From the NCBI GenBank assembly GCA_025594325.1, contig JANHCV010000004.1:2356001-2420000 (forward strand): a stretch of 64,000 nt of DNA, read 5' to 3'. The translations under genes and the position numbers were made by a program. The number at the start of each line of letters is the position of its first letter. Position 1 is the stretch's first letter. The DNA comes from Blastocladiella emersonii ATCC 22665. Its lineage: Eukaryota > Fungi > Blastocladiomycota. This document shows positions 63,095 to 64,000 of the stretch, one piece after another. Below the pieces are notes generated by a model. It was not told where the DNA came from. It made no database searches and saw nothing but the letters and a program-made list of their open reading frames with translations.

Positions 63095-63777
63095 CTTGGG
63101 CTAGACAGAGACACATTGCGTGGAGTGGCGGCCAAGTTTTCATAAGGATTGGAAGGGGGTGGGGTGGTGGTGAGGTGGTGAGGTTGAGGTCGGTGGAGGT
63201 CGGTGGTCGGTGGTCGGCAGTCGGTGGTTGGTGGTCGGTGGAGAGGCGCACCTTGGTCGGGTGGCGGTCGGCTTGACAGACGTGTCTTCTGCTTGGAGAG
63301 TAGAGCGAGAGGACGGCGGGGGCGCGTCGAGCTTTTATGGGGCCGGAGATGCGCAAGGCGGGGGGAAGGAAACGCTGGGTGGTCGGCCTTTGGATCGCGC
63401 CGGCATGGCCCGAAGACGCGTCGGCTGCCTGTGAACAGCGATCACGGGAGTGCCCGGGAGACATCATCCTGACTCACCCTCCGTCACGGAAGCGCTACGC
63501 GTCGTTCAGGCATGCGCACGTGTGCGCTTCCGCCGGTTGTGCCCGCTTGCATGCGCGACTGCGCCACCAAAACCTTGTTCGAAGCCGCGCTTGGCGGCGG
63601 CCGCGTCACGGTGACGATGGCGATCCGTCTCGCCCGCGCGGCCGGGACCCCCTCGCAGCAGCGGAGGCCTTGGACGCTGCGGTCCTCGTGCCACGGCTAA
63701 CAATCGGTCACTGCGAGTCACGACGAGTGGGACAAAACTTGGATCGTTTGTATTGGATTCCAATCGAGTGCATCACG

Positions 63778-64000
63778 TCAGAGCGGGCTCGGCGTCACAA
63801 CGGGCAGCAGGTGGCCCTGAATGGCCGCGGCAATCTCGCTCGCCACCTTCTCGACGAGCGGCAGGTCGCGCCCGACCACCGTAACGTTGACGCGGTCGCG
63901 GCCGGCGTTGCCGTCGCCAAACGTCGGGTAGCTGCCGATCTTGATGCCCTGGGGCCCGTACTGCTCCTGGATCGCCGTGAGCGCGTCGGCGATGTTGCTC
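63778..64000 (-). CDS. C-terminal end of a molybdopterin-binding/FAD-synthase-like (CinA-type) protein; runs off the window
   Basis: SNIADALTAIQEQY..IKIGSYP..VTVVGRD, then stop TGA at 63778-63780. Confidence 0.6.
   Translation of the reverse strand, partial: SNIADALTAIQEQYGPQGIKIGSYPTFGDGNAGRDRVNVTVVGRDLPLVEKVASEIAAAIQGHLLPVVTPSPL

Noticed and set aside
63150-63245. GGTG/GGTC low-complexity tract upstream of the protoglobin gene (telomere- or G4-like?)
   Set aside because: Irregular, with mostly GG runs and no fixed unit. It looks like ordinary pyrimidine-rich 5'-leader sequence on the sense strand.

Overview
Gene-dense, GC-rich eukaryotic (fungal-type) DNA with short GT-AG introns (mostly about 50-85 nt, CTRAC/GCTGAC-type branch points). 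A MORN5-like ciliary gene and a 'WWxxSG' ankyrin-type gene suggest an early-diverging zoosporic fungus, probably Blastocladiomycota (inference). About 26 protein-coding loci are supported. Recognisable ones are a fasciclin GPI protein, an INTS7-like protein, two paralogous multi-TM class-3 lipases, KIAA0930/DUF2045, PET117, ARC1, an SDR, IDH2, RAD23, CWC22, TIM13, an NAK kinase, SWR1, an LMBR1-family protein, pyroglutamyl peptidase I, a PAN/Kelch membrane protein, NDE-type NADH dehydrogenase, MORN5, an 11-mer-repeat protein, CWC25, SDA1, an Obg GTPase, a protoglobin and a partial FAD-synthase-like gene. There are also decayed repeats and a probable DNA-transposase relic. No rRNA, tRNA or CRISPR array was seen. 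The best leads are an Ark1/Prk1-type NAK kinase fused in one reading frame to a C-terminal Sla2-like ANTH domain, an Integrator subunit 7-like gene in a fungus, and a lipase paralog pair in which one copy has Asn at the presumed catalytic Asp. All family calls come from recalled motifs, not database searches.
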